Shown in pieces: positions 17,501-26,468 of a DNA stretch of 63,924 nucleotides. Positions within the stretch are counted from its first letter, which is position 1, and each line of letters opens with the position of its first letter. The notes below the pieces were generated by a model. The model saw only the letters and a program-made list of their open reading frames with translations, made no database searches and had not been told where the DNA came from. Made by a program: the position numbers and the translations under genes. Origin of the DNA: a virus (lineage: Duplodnaviria > Caudoviricetes); IMG/VR virus record IMGVR_UViG_3300031687_000009, positions 1 to 63,924 of that record, one strand, 5' to 3'.

Positions 17501-18933
17501 AACTCTGTAACGCCATTACTTATGATATCTACTTCATCTTGTATGACTGCAATTTGATCGATTTCTTTATCTGTTAATTTTGCTGCTTTAGCTTGAGCCT
17601 TTAAAGTAATATCAATAATTTTAGCTTCTTGTATAGCTATACCTTTTTTTATTTCTTTTTTAACCTGTGGATCTGTTGTTGTTGCTAAAGTTTTTCTTAA
17701 CTCAGCTATACTTTGTAAAGCTTGATTTTGCAATACTGTTTCAGCTGGTCCACGTAAAGCTGCTGTAGCTTTTTTAAATTTAATATTTTTTTTACTGTCT
17801 AATGATTTTGATATAGGATCATTACCTGAACCCCTCATTAATCCGCCACCTACAAAACCTTGTAAATAAGACTCTAATCCTTCTTGAGATAAAACAGCGT
17901 CAACAAAAGCTTCTGTTTTATTTTCATCTTTTGCAGAAGCTATATTTACAGCATCTAATCCTGTTTGAGCTAGTTCAGTTAATCCTTCTTTGTTTCCTGA
18001 GAGTAAAACGCTAGTCATAGTTTTTCCTAAACCAGCACCTGTTAACTTTTTAGTCATTAATCTTCCAGCGCCTTTCAACCCAGCACGCTCTAAAAGACCA
18101 CTTACAGTTCCTACAGTGGCAGCGGTTGTTATATCATCTTCACCATCTCTTATTAGATCAGATAAAGTTTTGCCTTTTTGTTTAGCAACTTCTTCATTAT
18201 AATCTATGTAAGATCTACCTATCATGTCTGGAATCAATCCTCCTCCAAGAGTAAGTGTGTTTATTGCAGCTGAAGATCCTATCGATGTTATACCATTGAC
18301 TATACCAGCGACTAATTCACCTGAACCTTTCATTATTTCACCTTTACCTAAAAGCTTTAAACCTTCCGTTATTGATCCAACCTCACCCATTTCAGCTTCT
18401 TCAAGTTTAGATTGTTGTATGGCTTCATCAAGATCTTTTTCAGAAAGTCCTTCTTTAAAAAATTCAGGAATATTTTCGTTTTTTAACCAAGATTCAACTG
18501 CTTCATCTCCAAAAATACCTCTGTATATTTTATTACTAGCAACTGTTAAATTTGGTAGAAATTGTTGAAATGAATTTGCTACATTTTTAAATATACTATT
18601 AACTATTTTATCACCAGAAGATAATTCTTTTAATTCAGGTTGTCCAGTTTCAGGGTTTATTTTAACTTGGCCTGTTGAATCATCAATAACATATTGATCA
18701 CTTAATGTTTCTTGAGTTTTAGCTTCTATCTCATCAGCTTGTCTTGCTTCTCTTTCTTCATATGTTTCGTTTCTTTCTATATCTTCTCCAAACAATTGTC
18801 CAAAGAAACCTTTAGCTGGATCTGTATTAACAGGGTTACCAAACTCATCGAGCTCTTCTTCCTCTTTGTCAGGAGTATAAAAATCATCCATGCTAGCAAC
18901 TGGAACGTTTGTGTAGTCGAATTCTTCTTCCAT
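11554..18933 (-). CDS. Giant (2459 aa) polyvalent internal virion/ejection protein with a sigma-70 region-2-like domain, a possible HNH-like domain and two zincin-like (HExxH) domains
   Basis: Position after the tail genes; motifs YKPESGVPIAAYIAQQL, EEHTLPA, TTIHESGHVW and VIKHEKHH...LPWE. Confidence 0.75.
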   Translation of the reverse strand: MEEEFDYTNVPVASMDDFYTPDKEEEELDEFGNPVNTDPAKGFFGQLFGEDIERNETYEEREARQADEIEAKTQETLSDQYVIDDSTGQVKINPETGQPELKELSSGDKIVNSIFKNVANSFQQFLPNLTVASNKIYRGIFGDEAVESWLKNENIPEFFKEGLSEKDLDEAIQQSKLEEAEMGEVGSITEGLKLLGKGEIMKGSGELVAGIVNGITSIGSSAAINTLTLGGGLIPDMIGRSYIDYNEEVAKQKGKTLSDLIRDGEDDITTAATVGTVSGLLERAGLKGAGRLMTKKLTGAGLGKTMTSVLLSGNKEGLTELAQTGLDAVNIASAKDENKTEAFVDAVLSQEGLESYLQGFVGGGLMRGSGNDPISKSLDSKKNIKFKKATAALRGPAETVLQNQALQSIAELRKTLATTTDPQVKKEIKKGIAIQEAKIIDITLKAQAKAAKLTDKEIDQIAVIQDEVDIISNGVTELDKKLADGVINTEQRNAAVKTYEEQFTTKQEELSTISNASKTRIQPKSKTQQFREDESLRLVDLYNDLDRAIVNGDPDLESEINSKIVKAEQAVQTIDGIVAEDSIVLSEQAQSLYDANGVKALNSIVETQEGTIRSVAIKKLNSVPQFRRYDGDVDALASELRYGPEGVARLVETYKPESGVPIAAYIAQQLNKRVERAATKVLSQDNNVDFNSTEAANLLVEEENDFEVKIGSKFLADQLKLPMAIIDKAKKIIPVGLQKAVNELQKNKELTAKKRQALSKQAIDSIYDGQLVKDIKAEFGKNTKTKEDFSNYLNRNYKPLATAFLAQKAGQKGTGISKQWSMFAPTRSEFVDYYEGKDIPLDRKSRKSVISDRKAALAEAVSTQIAEDVRAEYLLANPIEASEINKAANKDVSSEKTIIIAKSKLNNQSFENTIAAFKFEQFQKSLEKTKEDFAENSLDWKKLLENEGIEDFNLNNEERVQTFLKLLKSTGLTKLLPASFFRQFNGTTDPSSVMRGGIVFYQLKNGGEVEAVTKINNKGEEVSTYPPEYGKNGKGKFKNSLLRTRRGHVFFKSAPDADAWIAENGPFAAESELYKDLFTPTSYDKIVNGRREIKLENDFKNPEFKKQQENKLKALKQIFNIFEDFIAKDPENNNKPSTQAQRKAVIGGLLKSSSGWQGHFMRLASPVKFTSKGKMFDYSKNPKGKALFTEEHTLPASAVAKFLFRQAINGKVNDNFNLIEKNYFQGALLNVNDDKLAGNGPDGRRFSYKSKTPEGWMLTDSIWARYFNANVNNVNGGIDANSIVLSNGQTVAEFFGAGLDGINSNPDLIKAQQKVVTEKADPTERIIGKAKDKVYNEKADSEKTGDQAAEGLAAILEANWNKNGDQDFEIVTDKARIKEVLAEEEVVGDDADNAMKNNLGFQILGTSKIFVDLTGKDALNTTIHESGHVWNQVIFNSAPEVWNNIISRVKETGLFDVVFNKIKNDPAYAGLIENYNNGDTFGLENEIFARILEDYGAKALGTNKNTLAQIKDIISKYMTELANMLGFDPTTKNFGDLTLDQMIDLAVSEVVSGDPLSNFSKLKDSEGKTWYKKSRSNVDPEYRSSINPEYQGLKALEKFYKESKNLIEAIKKSYSTVKNIMTFEEWSDFVAKTTSEVQIGKTPSEKALLIAKENAAQNEAARLKKIKALKESDNYTEEDQNKTSEELDKKLEEVQNKAIEKEKAKAEGQGEGLNRNFRKILNSITGRLGKPSRWFIPPNAEDIKGLLYAFLPGGEAGLKAKKFFQSTILEPYSRGVAAAEAEILAKTKQFAEIMKSFKSDLKEVVDGTPYSKGQAIKVYNWIKNGVEVDIEKQSYIDALVSAVENDPELKALADQIEQNFPIEYKSTWRNDTTINKSIYDSINSGTRAKHLETFAENVDNIFNKDNMQEIENLYGKKFRQALQNSLQRMKTGRNRVSTDAQSNAFLNWINRAVATTMFVNTRSAVLQLLSSLNFIGKANNNIFQATSAMFSSDWKKDFNTLWNSDYLKNRREGAKFDVLADEMSEGDVTGLNKILKFGFLPTRMSDSFAIALGGAAFYRNTLKTLIEGGMSEADAKKAAMQKWIETAEESQQSSDPSKISEIQSSTIGKVIYAFANTPFQYARIVKRKLQDVVSGRSAAEGGGNKVRQDLQSVLYYSVGQAMLFNALQTALFAVAFEDDEDEKEKLMDEKTILSVERALTSYAKSLGNPGAVAGAIYSVIAEANEQQEKYGKIDNPYKIALEATAISPPLNTKLKDIVAIGNIYKYNEKEIKNDPFKLSPDNKALEIVGNAASFGGIPLDRVIRKAQNLSAMANEESEAWQKLFLALGWSKWELGLNQKKKFALDLSLDLDLDLDLDLGPLKKSLPKGVAGRANKDGTIEVDSNLPPEQKKAVIKHEKHHQKEIKSGKLDYDDNFVYYNKQKYPRVNGKIEYKGKMHIEGGTKLPWEIAANNAERSNIK

Positions 18934-18941
18934 TAAAGTTA

Positions 18942-20330
18942 TTATTTTTTACGAGTTAAAAACTTTTTTAGTTTTTGAACAGGGGATGATTTAATATTAT
19001 ATTTTGGGGTAAACTTAGATGAATCTACTCCGTAAACAGCACCGGATAAATACCTAGCTAAAATTTCAGGATTATCAAACATTTCTTGTGTTATTTCTCT
19101 GTACAGTTTTCCGCCTTTAACTAAAACTATTTTACCGTCAGTTTGATCAAGTGGAGCTATTGATATATTTTGATTTCCTTGTAATCCAGCTGAATCTAAC
19201 CATAGAGATAAGTTTTCTTTAGTTGGAGGTGGCAATTTTTTCAATATACTTGCTTTAGCCATATTATTTCTTTCTTTTTCACTTCCGGCCATTTGCATTT
19301 GAGCGGCTCTATTGGCATCAATTTGTTGCATTTTTTGAAGTTTAAGATCGTAATCTTGCTGCTTCCAATTGGTTTGTTGTTTGACTATGTAATTATCTAC
19401 AGCCATTTGAGAATACTTTTCTTCAACATCATATTCTAATTTACTAGAATAAATTTCACCATTAGGTCCTTCGTATTGACCAGAATTTATGTCAGCATTT
19501 ATTTGTTCATGAGTATATCCCATGTAATCAGCTGCCAAAGATTTTAATCCCATTTCACCTCCGTTTTTTTCTAAAAAAGTATCAAAGCTACTTCTAACAG
19601 TTTTTTCAAACTCAGGAGATTCTAACATAACTCCTCTAACAACTTCTTGACCATTAGGTAATTGTCTTCTTTCTGGTACAGCCATTTTAGTTAAAACAGG
19701 GCCTAATAAAGATTCAAACGAAGGAGCTCTTTGTATAGGTTGAGGCATTTGATCTATTTTATTAGCTGGTATGCTAAAACTTTCACCATCTTCTGTTTTA
19801 CCTTGAAAAACTAAAACACCATTATCATCCATACCAAAATTACCTCTATTATTTATAATAGCTTGATAATATTGCTCTTGTTCTGGTGTTATAGCTTTAC
19901 TTAGTGATCCTTCAGATAAACCTGTAGCATATTGAACAGCAACTCCATTTACAGCACCTATCAATTGTTTTATTTGAGGAACTTGGCTATTTATTTTAGC
20001 GCTAGCTGTAGCAAATTCATTTTGACTTATTTCTTGGTTTTCTAAACTGTTAACCAATCCGCTATATTGATCTACAAGTTGTCTACTCATAGATTGTTCG
20101 TAGTTTTGTAAAGATTCATATTCAGTGTCTGATGAAATCATCAAACCCTGTATGTCTTGTGCTTTAAGCTTTGCTAATTGTAAGTCTCTAGACTTTTTTT
20201 GATCTGCAGCTTGTCTTAGTTTTACTCCTTGTGCTATATCAGCATCCATACCAGCCTCTGCTCTAGATAAATCTAAATATGTATTGTATGGATTTCTGCC
20301 CGTAGGACTTGTGGAAACTTTAATCGCCAT
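18942..20330 (-). CDS. Putative internal virion/ejection protein
   Basis: Helical 462-aa ORF between the pilot-like and giant proteins. Confidence 0.55.
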   Translation of the reverse strand: MAIKVSTSPTGRNPYNTYLDLSRAEAGMDADIAQGVKLRQAADQKKSRDLQLAKLKAQDIQGLMISSDTEYESLQNYEQSMSRQLVDQYSGLVNSLENQEISQNEFATASAKINSQVPQIKQLIGAVNGVAVQYATGLSEGSLSKAITPEQEQYYQAIINNRGNFGMDDNGVLVFQGKTEDGESFSIPANKIDQMPQPIQRAPSFESLLGPVLTKMAVPERRQLPNGQEVVRGVMLESPEFEKTVRSSFDTFLEKNGGEMGLKSLAADYMGYTHEQINADINSGQYEGPNGEIYSSKLEYDVEEKYSQMAVDNYIVKQQTNWKQQDYDLKLQKMQQIDANRAAQMQMAGSEKERNNMAKASILKKLPPPTKENLSLWLDSAGLQGNQNISIAPLDQTDGKIVLVKGGKLYREITQEMFDNPEILARYLSGAVYGVDSSKFTPKYNIKSSPVQKLKKFLTRKK

Positions 20331-20382
20331 TTTGTTATTTTGAAGATTTAATTATTAAAAACTTTTTATTATTCACTACTTA

Positions 20383-21696
20383 TTAGCCTTTATTGCCTCT
20401 TAAGAAATTACTTACTCTATTACTTCTACCAGCAACAGCGGATATACCTCCTATTAAGTCATTAGTAGCAGAATTTCTAGCAGCTGTAGCGGCTCCTAAT
20501 CTATCTCCGGTTATATTAAATTGATCCATATTTTGATTATATTGACTTTCTTGTATATCATTACCTGCAGTTGCAGCATTTTGATAATAATTATTTAATT
20601 GCTGCTGATTTGCCATGTCAAATTGGTTTTGAGAACCTGCATTAAATTGACCTGATTGGTTCATTGACTGTTGATTAGCTAAAGCAAATTGATTTCCAGC
20701 ACCAAATTGCGTTTGAGCAAAACTATTTTGAGCAGAAGTATTATATTGATTCATTTGATTTTGAGCACCAAATCTAGCTTGAGCAAAAGCATTATTAGAA
20801 GAAGCCCCAAACTGTCTAGCTTGATTTTGAGCTTGCATATTAGCCATACTCATTGTATTTTTGGCTTGTGCGCTAAACTGATTAGCCGTATTTCTAGCTC
20901 CAGCACTAAACTGATTTGCTTGATTTTGAGCACTTGCACCAAATTGAGCAGCTTGATTTTGAGCACTTGCCGCAAATTGAGAAGCATCATTTTGAGCGCC
21001 TACATTAACTTGCTGTTGTCCTAAGTCAAATTGAGATGCGGTATTACCTTGTGCTAATTGATTTTCTTGTAATCTTTGTTCAGCACTTGCTCTAGCCATG
21101 TTATTTGCCTGTTCTTGTTGGCCTATTTTAGCTGCTATACCTTGTTTTGATTTAGCGGCAGCTGCAGCTATTGCGGTTGCTCCACCAGCACCAGTACCAG
21201 CTTGAGTAGCTGCATCTTGAGTTGCAGCTAAAGCTTGATCTACTTCTTGGTTTTGCATATCAGCTTCAGCTGTACTAACTTGCAAATTATTCATATTATT
21301 AGTAAGTCCAGTATCAGCTCCTCTTTGTAAATTAGAAACATTAGTTCCCATAGCTGAATAACCTTGAGATGTGTAACCTTGACCTTGGTAACCTTCACCT
21401 TGATAACCTTGAGCTTTACCTTGTGCGGCTTGATAACCTTGAGCGCTACTTAATTTACCCATTTCAGCTTGTGCAGCTGGACCTAATTGACCAACTTCTG
21501 CTATAGATCCTTCGTAGGTATTAGCATCTCCTAATTCAACTGGATCATAATCATCAAAAGCATTTGTAAATTCAAAATTTTCTAAATTATCTCTAGCCGC
21601 TTCAAAACCTTCTTCAGCAGCATCTTCTTCTCTTCTTCTAGCTCTACCACCAAATAAAGACGCAACGCCTTTTCCAACTTTACCAAAAAATCCCAT
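20383..21696 (-). CDS. Putative DNA pilot/ejection protein (Q/N/A-rich, 11-residue repeats)
   Basis: Amphipathic Gly-rich N-terminus, QF.A.AQNQA hendecad repeats and QGY repeats. Confidence 0.6.
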   Translation of the reverse strand: MGFFGKVGKGVASLFGGRARRREEDAAEEGFEAARDNLENFEFTNAFDDYDPVELGDANTYEGSIAEVGQLGPAAQAEMGKLSSAQGYQAAQGKAQGYQGEGYQGQGYTSQGYSAMGTNVSNLQRGADTGLTNNMNNLQVSTAEADMQNQEVDQALAATQDAATQAGTGAGGATAIAAAAAKSKQGIAAKIGQQEQANNMARASAEQRLQENQLAQGNTASQFDLGQQQVNVGAQNDASQFAASAQNQAAQFGASAQNQANQFSAGARNTANQFSAQAKNTMSMANMQAQNQARQFGASSNNAFAQARFGAQNQMNQYNTSAQNSFAQTQFGAGNQFALANQQSMNQSGQFNAGSQNQFDMANQQQLNNYYQNAATAGNDIQESQYNQNMDQFNITGDRLGAATAARNSATNDLIGGISAVAGRSNRVSNFLRGNKG

Positions 21697-21697
21697 A

Positions 21698-22141
21698 TTA
21701 TTTATATTTTATCATTAATTCGCAGGAAGAAATACTGTTAACATTGTAATCCGCTTTTTTATATTTTTCTAATAACTTTTCATCTTTACAAATGCTATAG
21801 GAATATTTATAACCTAAATCTTTAGCAAAATCAGTTGTAAAATTTATTAAAAGTTGTAATGCATCATCTTTATCAATATCACAATAAGATTTATCATCAA
21901 CAATTGCAGCTGGAATTGCCATACTGCTATTTGTCATCCACAGCCACATAGCTGCTATTGGATCATCTCCCTTGCATACCATGAAACCACCTAAACCTTT
22001 TCTTTTTTCTTCTTGTTTATCACCTACTTTAAAAGAACCAGGCAACATGTCACGTGGAAGAATTTTTTCATCATAAGCTTCCCACCATTTTGGTATTAAA
22101 TTCCAATCTGATTCTTGTAATTTTCTAACTTGTAATTCCAT
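21698..22141 (-). CDS. GNAT-fold-like protein (T7 gp13-like position)
   Basis: VRKL..SD..LIPKWW...GG.MV...AKDLGYK...LLEKYKKA.Y pattern; lies between the tail and cargo genes. Confidence 0.5.
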   Translation of the reverse strand: MELQVRKLQESDWNLIPKWWEAYDEKILPRDMLPGSFKVGDKQEEKRKGLGGFMVCKGDDPIAAMWLWMTNSSMAIPAAIVDDKSYCDIDKDDALQLLINFTTDFAKDLGYKYSYSICKDEKLLEKYKKADYNVNSISSCELMIKYK

Positions 22142-22146
22142 ATAAT

Positions 22147-22386
22147 TTAACTTGACGAATTCACTGCCTGCGCATTTAAAGCAAATAATTCTTTTTGAAC
22201 AGAAGCGTTTGCCACTGGTAATTTTAATTTAATATTAGCATAGGCTCCTTTTATTCCACCTACTATTTGAGTTCCGCTTGCTTGAATAGCACCATTAACA
22301 ACTATATAATTAGGTTGTTCAGATGCTATTGGTGCAAAGTATTTACCTTCATTATTTTGAAAAGCAAAATTTACTAAATTTCCCAT
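22147..22386 (-). CDS. Detached C-terminal segment of the tail stabilisation (muzzle) protein
   Basis: EGKYFA, GIKGAY and ELFA...SS motifs, which I recall as the C-terminus of crAss-like stabilisation proteins. Confidence 0.55.
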   Translation of the reverse strand: MGNLVNFAFQNNEGKYFAPIASEQPNYIVVNGAIQASGTQIVGGIKGAYANIKLKLPVANASVQKELFALNAQAVNSSS

Positions 22387-22388
22387 AA

Positions 22389-25300
22389 TTATGTAACTTG
22401 TTGATTTATTACTATAGTTCTAAAAGAAGGTGTCATACTAGATTTAACTCTATCATTGTTAACTGCTACAACTACATTACCTGTTCTTATTGATCCTGTG
22501 TTGTTATCTGTTGCAGCTATTGTAAATCCAACAGTTGGACCTAACTCTTGTGTTGACCCTGGATCACCTCCATTTATTATTAACCAGCCAACATCTGGAT
22601 TAGCAGTTACATTAACATTCCAAGCGTTAGCAATAGTGGTACTTGTACCTGCTTTAGGTAAAGAAATTGGAGTTGAAAGTGCTGCAATTACAGCTGTTTC
22701 TGGAGCAACTTTAGTTATAGTAGGTGTTATTATTGTATTACTTAATAGTATTGGAACAACAGTTGTTATTATTAATGTTCCAAAATTACTAGATGCTAAT
22801 ATATTACCACTAACAGAAGGTGTTACTCCGGTTGAAGCCATTGAAGCTGTATAACTGTTACTAGTTAAAACTTGACTATTTGAACATGTATATGTTAAAA
22901 CAGTTGTTCTAGTACTTGCTACATCATATGGTCCATTATAAAATGGATTTCCTGTAGATGTTGTATCACCATTAGCTTGAACTGGCATAACAAATGAAAC
23001 TGTACCCGCCGCGTCTGAAATAGTAAGAGCATTACCTACGTCAAATATTAATTGCCATTTTAGAGTAGCAAAACCATTTATCGTTATTGATCCAGCTGTT
23101 GCAGACGTAGGTACTGTTATTGGAAGTGTATAAGTTAAATTGTTTAAAAAAGGAGCACTTCTTGCCACTGTTGCAGCTTGCGGATTAGTTGAAGCTGGCA
23201 TACCGCTGGTACTTAACGTTGTATTAGAAGCATCTATATAAAAATTGTCAACAACAGCAGTGCTAAATACTATATTATTAGCACCTGCATTGTTAAAAAC
23301 TAAAGATGCTGGTGTTATAGCTGAATTTGATACTGTATCAACAATATTAACAGTTAATAATGCAACTGTAAAAGCTAATTCAGCACCAGTTCCTCCTATA
23401 TTTAAGGTTTGAATACTATTCTGATTTCCTACAGTATGTTGTACTAAAAAAACTAATCTTCCATCTGTAGATTCAAAAGGTTTTGTTCCAACAGGGTTTG
23501 TAACTGTTAAAGAACTTCCAGAAGCTTGCGTTAATGTAATATTATTTATATTTGTAAATTCAAATTGAGAATTTAATGGAGATACAAATATAGCCCATTG
23601 TATTCCAGCGCCTTGTTTGGCTATAGAAGTGTTTGATCCAGTGAAAGTTGAATTAGCTGCAGCGCCCGATAATTGTAAAGTTGTTGTAAAAGTAACTGCT
23701 TCAACAGGAATTGTTCCAGCTGTATCTATGTCAGTTTCTATATATTCTAGTTCCCAACCAGAATCTCCTTCGTAACTTAATGAATTAAATTGTTTTATAT
23801 TAGAAGGTGCATCGTTAAACACGGGCACCACATAAGATTCTGTAGTTCCTGCTCCATAAAAATTATTACTTGTAACATTTGGACTATGGTGCTGCCACAA
23901 ATCTCCTCCTTTAAATGTATAATAAGAATTATTTAAAGATATACCGCTTTCTTGTTTGAAGGATCTAAAACTAGTCCACCCATTTGATCTATCGTCAAAC
24001 GATAACGTTAAAAATCCAGAAGAAGCTGTTGCTAAATTAGTATCTGGATTGCTATCATATCCTTCGCCTATTATTGTTAATTCATATATGCGACTATATT
24101 CATCAAATGATCCTATTATTTGTGTAGATGTTTTTAAAGCATCTCTAAAAAAATCACCCATGCCAGTTTGTGATATTTCTTGAATACCATTTTGAGACAA
24201 TCTTAACACTGAACCTCTATTTTTATCAGTAAAATATCTAGAAAATCCAAAAGAAGAAAAAGATTCTGGATTCTCAGCTATACCATATTGACCTGCGTAT
24301 GCTGCTATTGTTCCTAAAAATTGTGTATTACTAGTAACGGGTATTTGACCACCTTCTGCTGAATAAATAAAATCTTTATCTATTGGTGATCTTGATACTT
24401 TGTCTTCTTGAAAAACAACTATTTGAGTATCATCTGCAAATAATTTTTGTATAGATCCATTTAGTGGATCCAGAGAAACAGTTAGACCACCCTCACTTTC
24501 ATTAAATTGATTTATATAATTAATACCTGTTCTTGAGTTTAAAAGTCCACTAGAATGTATAAGAGTATTACTTCTTCTTTCTTCTGTAAAGTTTTCTTGA
24601 ACAACAAATGCTCTTACGCCTATGTCAAAAAAAGGTTCATTAAAACCTGCTTTAATTCTATTAATCTCAAGATGAGCATTATTTCCTCCATCTGGATCAA
24701 AAGTAAGTAAAATACAATTAAAAAACTCTATATCTATAGCTGTTAAAGGAATATTTTCTACTAATCCACCCGTTGATGTTTCGTAAAAAATATCTAATTC
24801 AGAGCTAATTGGTTCTGTTTCAAATACACATATTCCACCACTTACGCTAACGTTACTATTGTTTAAAGTTGTTACTAAAGCATCGCCAGATGGATTACCT
24901 ATTGATTGAACTTTAGTTAAATTACCAGCTGCTGTAGCATTTGTTACGTTATCTCCAGCTATGTATTTAGGAAAAACAGAAATATCACAAGGTGATATAG
25001 TGCTTGATGTGCTTGGAGGTATAACGGCAGTAGGATCTCTTGGTATTTTGTTAATACTATCACCTAATCTTTCTACGGTATTAACACTGCTAATAACAGA
25101 AATCCAATTATAATATTCTTGTTCTCGTTGTTTTACAACAACTTTATATGAATAAGCCCATGTTGGTATTTGATTTATAGGATCTGTAAAAACTAATCTT
25201 AATGCATGAAAAGCATTTGTACTTGAAGAGTTTCCAAAACCTGGATCTATAAAAACAGTATCAACGCCTGAACTAGAAAGTATAACTGGAGATTGTCTTC

Positions 25301-26459
25301 CAAATTTATCAGCAAGAACAATACCTACTTGATATGTTCTTCTTGACTTTAAAGATTGTTTATTTAATATAGTATTTCTTGCAGAATTTTCTCCTGTTTC
25401 ACTAACTGTAAAAGCTATTTGTGGTATATCAAAATTTTGTAAAAAATTACCATAAACTAATCTACCTCCACCAACTTCTTGAGATTTAGCTTTTCTTGGA
25501 ACTGCATCATAAACTCTAGTAAGTTGATCACCAGGTAATGTTCTAAATGGATCCGTGGATGAATAAGTAAAATTTATAAAAGGTTCTGTTGTAACTTCTA
25601 TATCTTCAACAACATACAACGCGCTAGATCCTGATTCTTTATATATTAATTCTACATTAGATATACCATATCCTTGAGGAGTTGGTATTTGTAATTGTAT
25701 TTTATTTATAGCATTTACAAAAGTTTCTATTTCACCAAAATTAGAAACTGTAGAAGTAACAACGTCTACTTCGTTTAATCTAGAAAAACAAATAGGTGTA
25801 AATGGAGCCAATATACTGTATTCATTGTCTTCAAATTTCCATCTATAAGAAAATCTTACTAATTTTAACTGTAAAAAAGTAGAAGATATAGCTGCATCTT
25901 TTACTGCAGACACTAAAGTTGGAGATTCGTAAGGTGCAAATTTACATACAGATATTAAATTATCAATATTTGAAGTTGACGTATAGTAATTAACGTTATT
26001 TCTAGCTGTTTCTACATTTATCTTTCTTGGAGCATTTCTATTGTCCGTAAAAAACAATAAATCATCAATTATATTGACACCTGTAATAGTATATTTTGTG
26101 TGAAAATTTAATTGTTGAGATACAAGTAATGCTGTTGTTTGTTTTGATTTTTGATCATATTCATATACACCATGATTACCTGTATTTGTTTCATTATATA
26201 TAGAATTTGTTGTTACAAAAAAATAAATTTTTTCAGAACTATTATCTCTAAGTGAACCAATACAAACTGGATTACCACTTAAACCACATTGAGCAACTAG
26301 TTCGTTACCTAATAAGTTTTCTACAGCACCAACATCTGATCCTTCTGATTGACCTATGTTAATATTAAATCCCTCTCTATATTCTCCTGGAGGTACCATC
26401 CTATCATCCAGGTCTCGGTTCATTTTACCGACATTGAATGTTCTTTTAATTTCTGGCAT
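22389..26459 (-). CDS. Tail stabilisation/muzzle protein (P22 gp10 / tail tubular B-like) with a C-terminal Ig/BACON-like extension
   Basis: N-terminal GKMNRDLDDR..P.GEYR, RLVYGN, YQVGIV..DKFGR, YFTD..RG.VLRLS and GWTSF motifs; BACON-like end (W.V..WL...NTG..RTG.V.V....I.INQ). Confidence 0.8.
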   Translation of the reverse strand: MPEIKRTFNVGKMNRDLDDRMVPPGEYREGFNINIGQSEGSDVGAVENLLGNELVAQCGLSGNPVCIGSLRDNSSEKIYFFVTTNSIYNETNTGNHGVYEYDQKSKQTTALLVSQQLNFHTKYTITGVNIIDDLLFFTDNRNAPRKINVETARNNVNYYTSTSNIDNLISVCKFAPYESPTLVSAVKDAAISSTFLQLKLVRFSYRWKFEDNEYSILAPFTPICFSRLNEVDVVTSTVSNFGEIETFVNAINKIQLQIPTPQGYGISNVELIYKESGSSALYVVEDIEVTTEPFINFTYSSTDPFRTLPGDQLTRVYDAVPRKAKSQEVGGGRLVYGNFLQNFDIPQIAFTVSETGENSARNTILNKQSLKSRRTYQVGIVLADKFGRQSPVILSSSGVDTVFIDPGFGNSSSTNAFHALRLVFTDPINQIPTWAYSYKVVVKQREQEYYNWISVISSVNTVERLGDSINKIPRDPTAVIPPSTSSTISPCDISVFPKYIAGDNVTNATAAGNLTKVQSIGNPSGDALVTTLNNSNVSVSGGICVFETEPISSELDIFYETSTGGLVENIPLTAIDIEFFNCILLTFDPDGGNNAHLEINRIKAGFNEPFFDIGVRAFVVQENFTEERRSNTLIHSSGLLNSRTGINYINQFNESEGGLTVSLDPLNGSIQKLFADDTQIVVFQEDKVSRSPIDKDFIYSAEGGQIPVTSNTQFLGTIAAYAGQYGIAENPESFSSFGFSRYFTDKNRGSVLRLSQNGIQEISQTGMGDFFRDALKTSTQIIGSFDEYSRIYELTIIGEGYDSNPDTNLATASSGFLTLSFDDRSNGWTSFRSFKQESGISLNNSYYTFKGGDLWQHHSPNVTSNNFYGAGTTESYVVPVFNDAPSNIKQFNSLSYEGDSGWELEYIETDIDTAGTIPVEAVTFTTTLQLSGAAANSTFTGSNTSIAKQGAGIQWAIFVSPLNSQFEFTNINNITLTQASGSSLTVTNPVGTKPFESTDGRLVFLVQHTVGNQNSIQTLNIGGTGAELAFTVALLTVNIVDTVSNSAITPASLVFNNAGANNIVFSTAVVDNFYIDASNTTLSTSGMPASTNPQAATVARSAPFLNNLTYTLPITVPTSATAGSITINGFATLKWQLIFDVGNALTISDAAGTVSFVMPVQANGDTTSTGNPFYNGPYDVASTRTTVLTYTCSNSQVLTSNSYTASMASTGVTPSVSGNILASSNFGTLIITTVVPILLSNTIITPTITKVAPETAVIAALSTPISLPKAGTSTTIANAWNVNVTANPDVGWLIINGGDPGSTQELGPTVGFTIAATDNNTGSIRTGNVVVAVNNDRVKSSMTPSFRTIVINQQVT

Positions 26460-26468
26460 AAAATCTTA

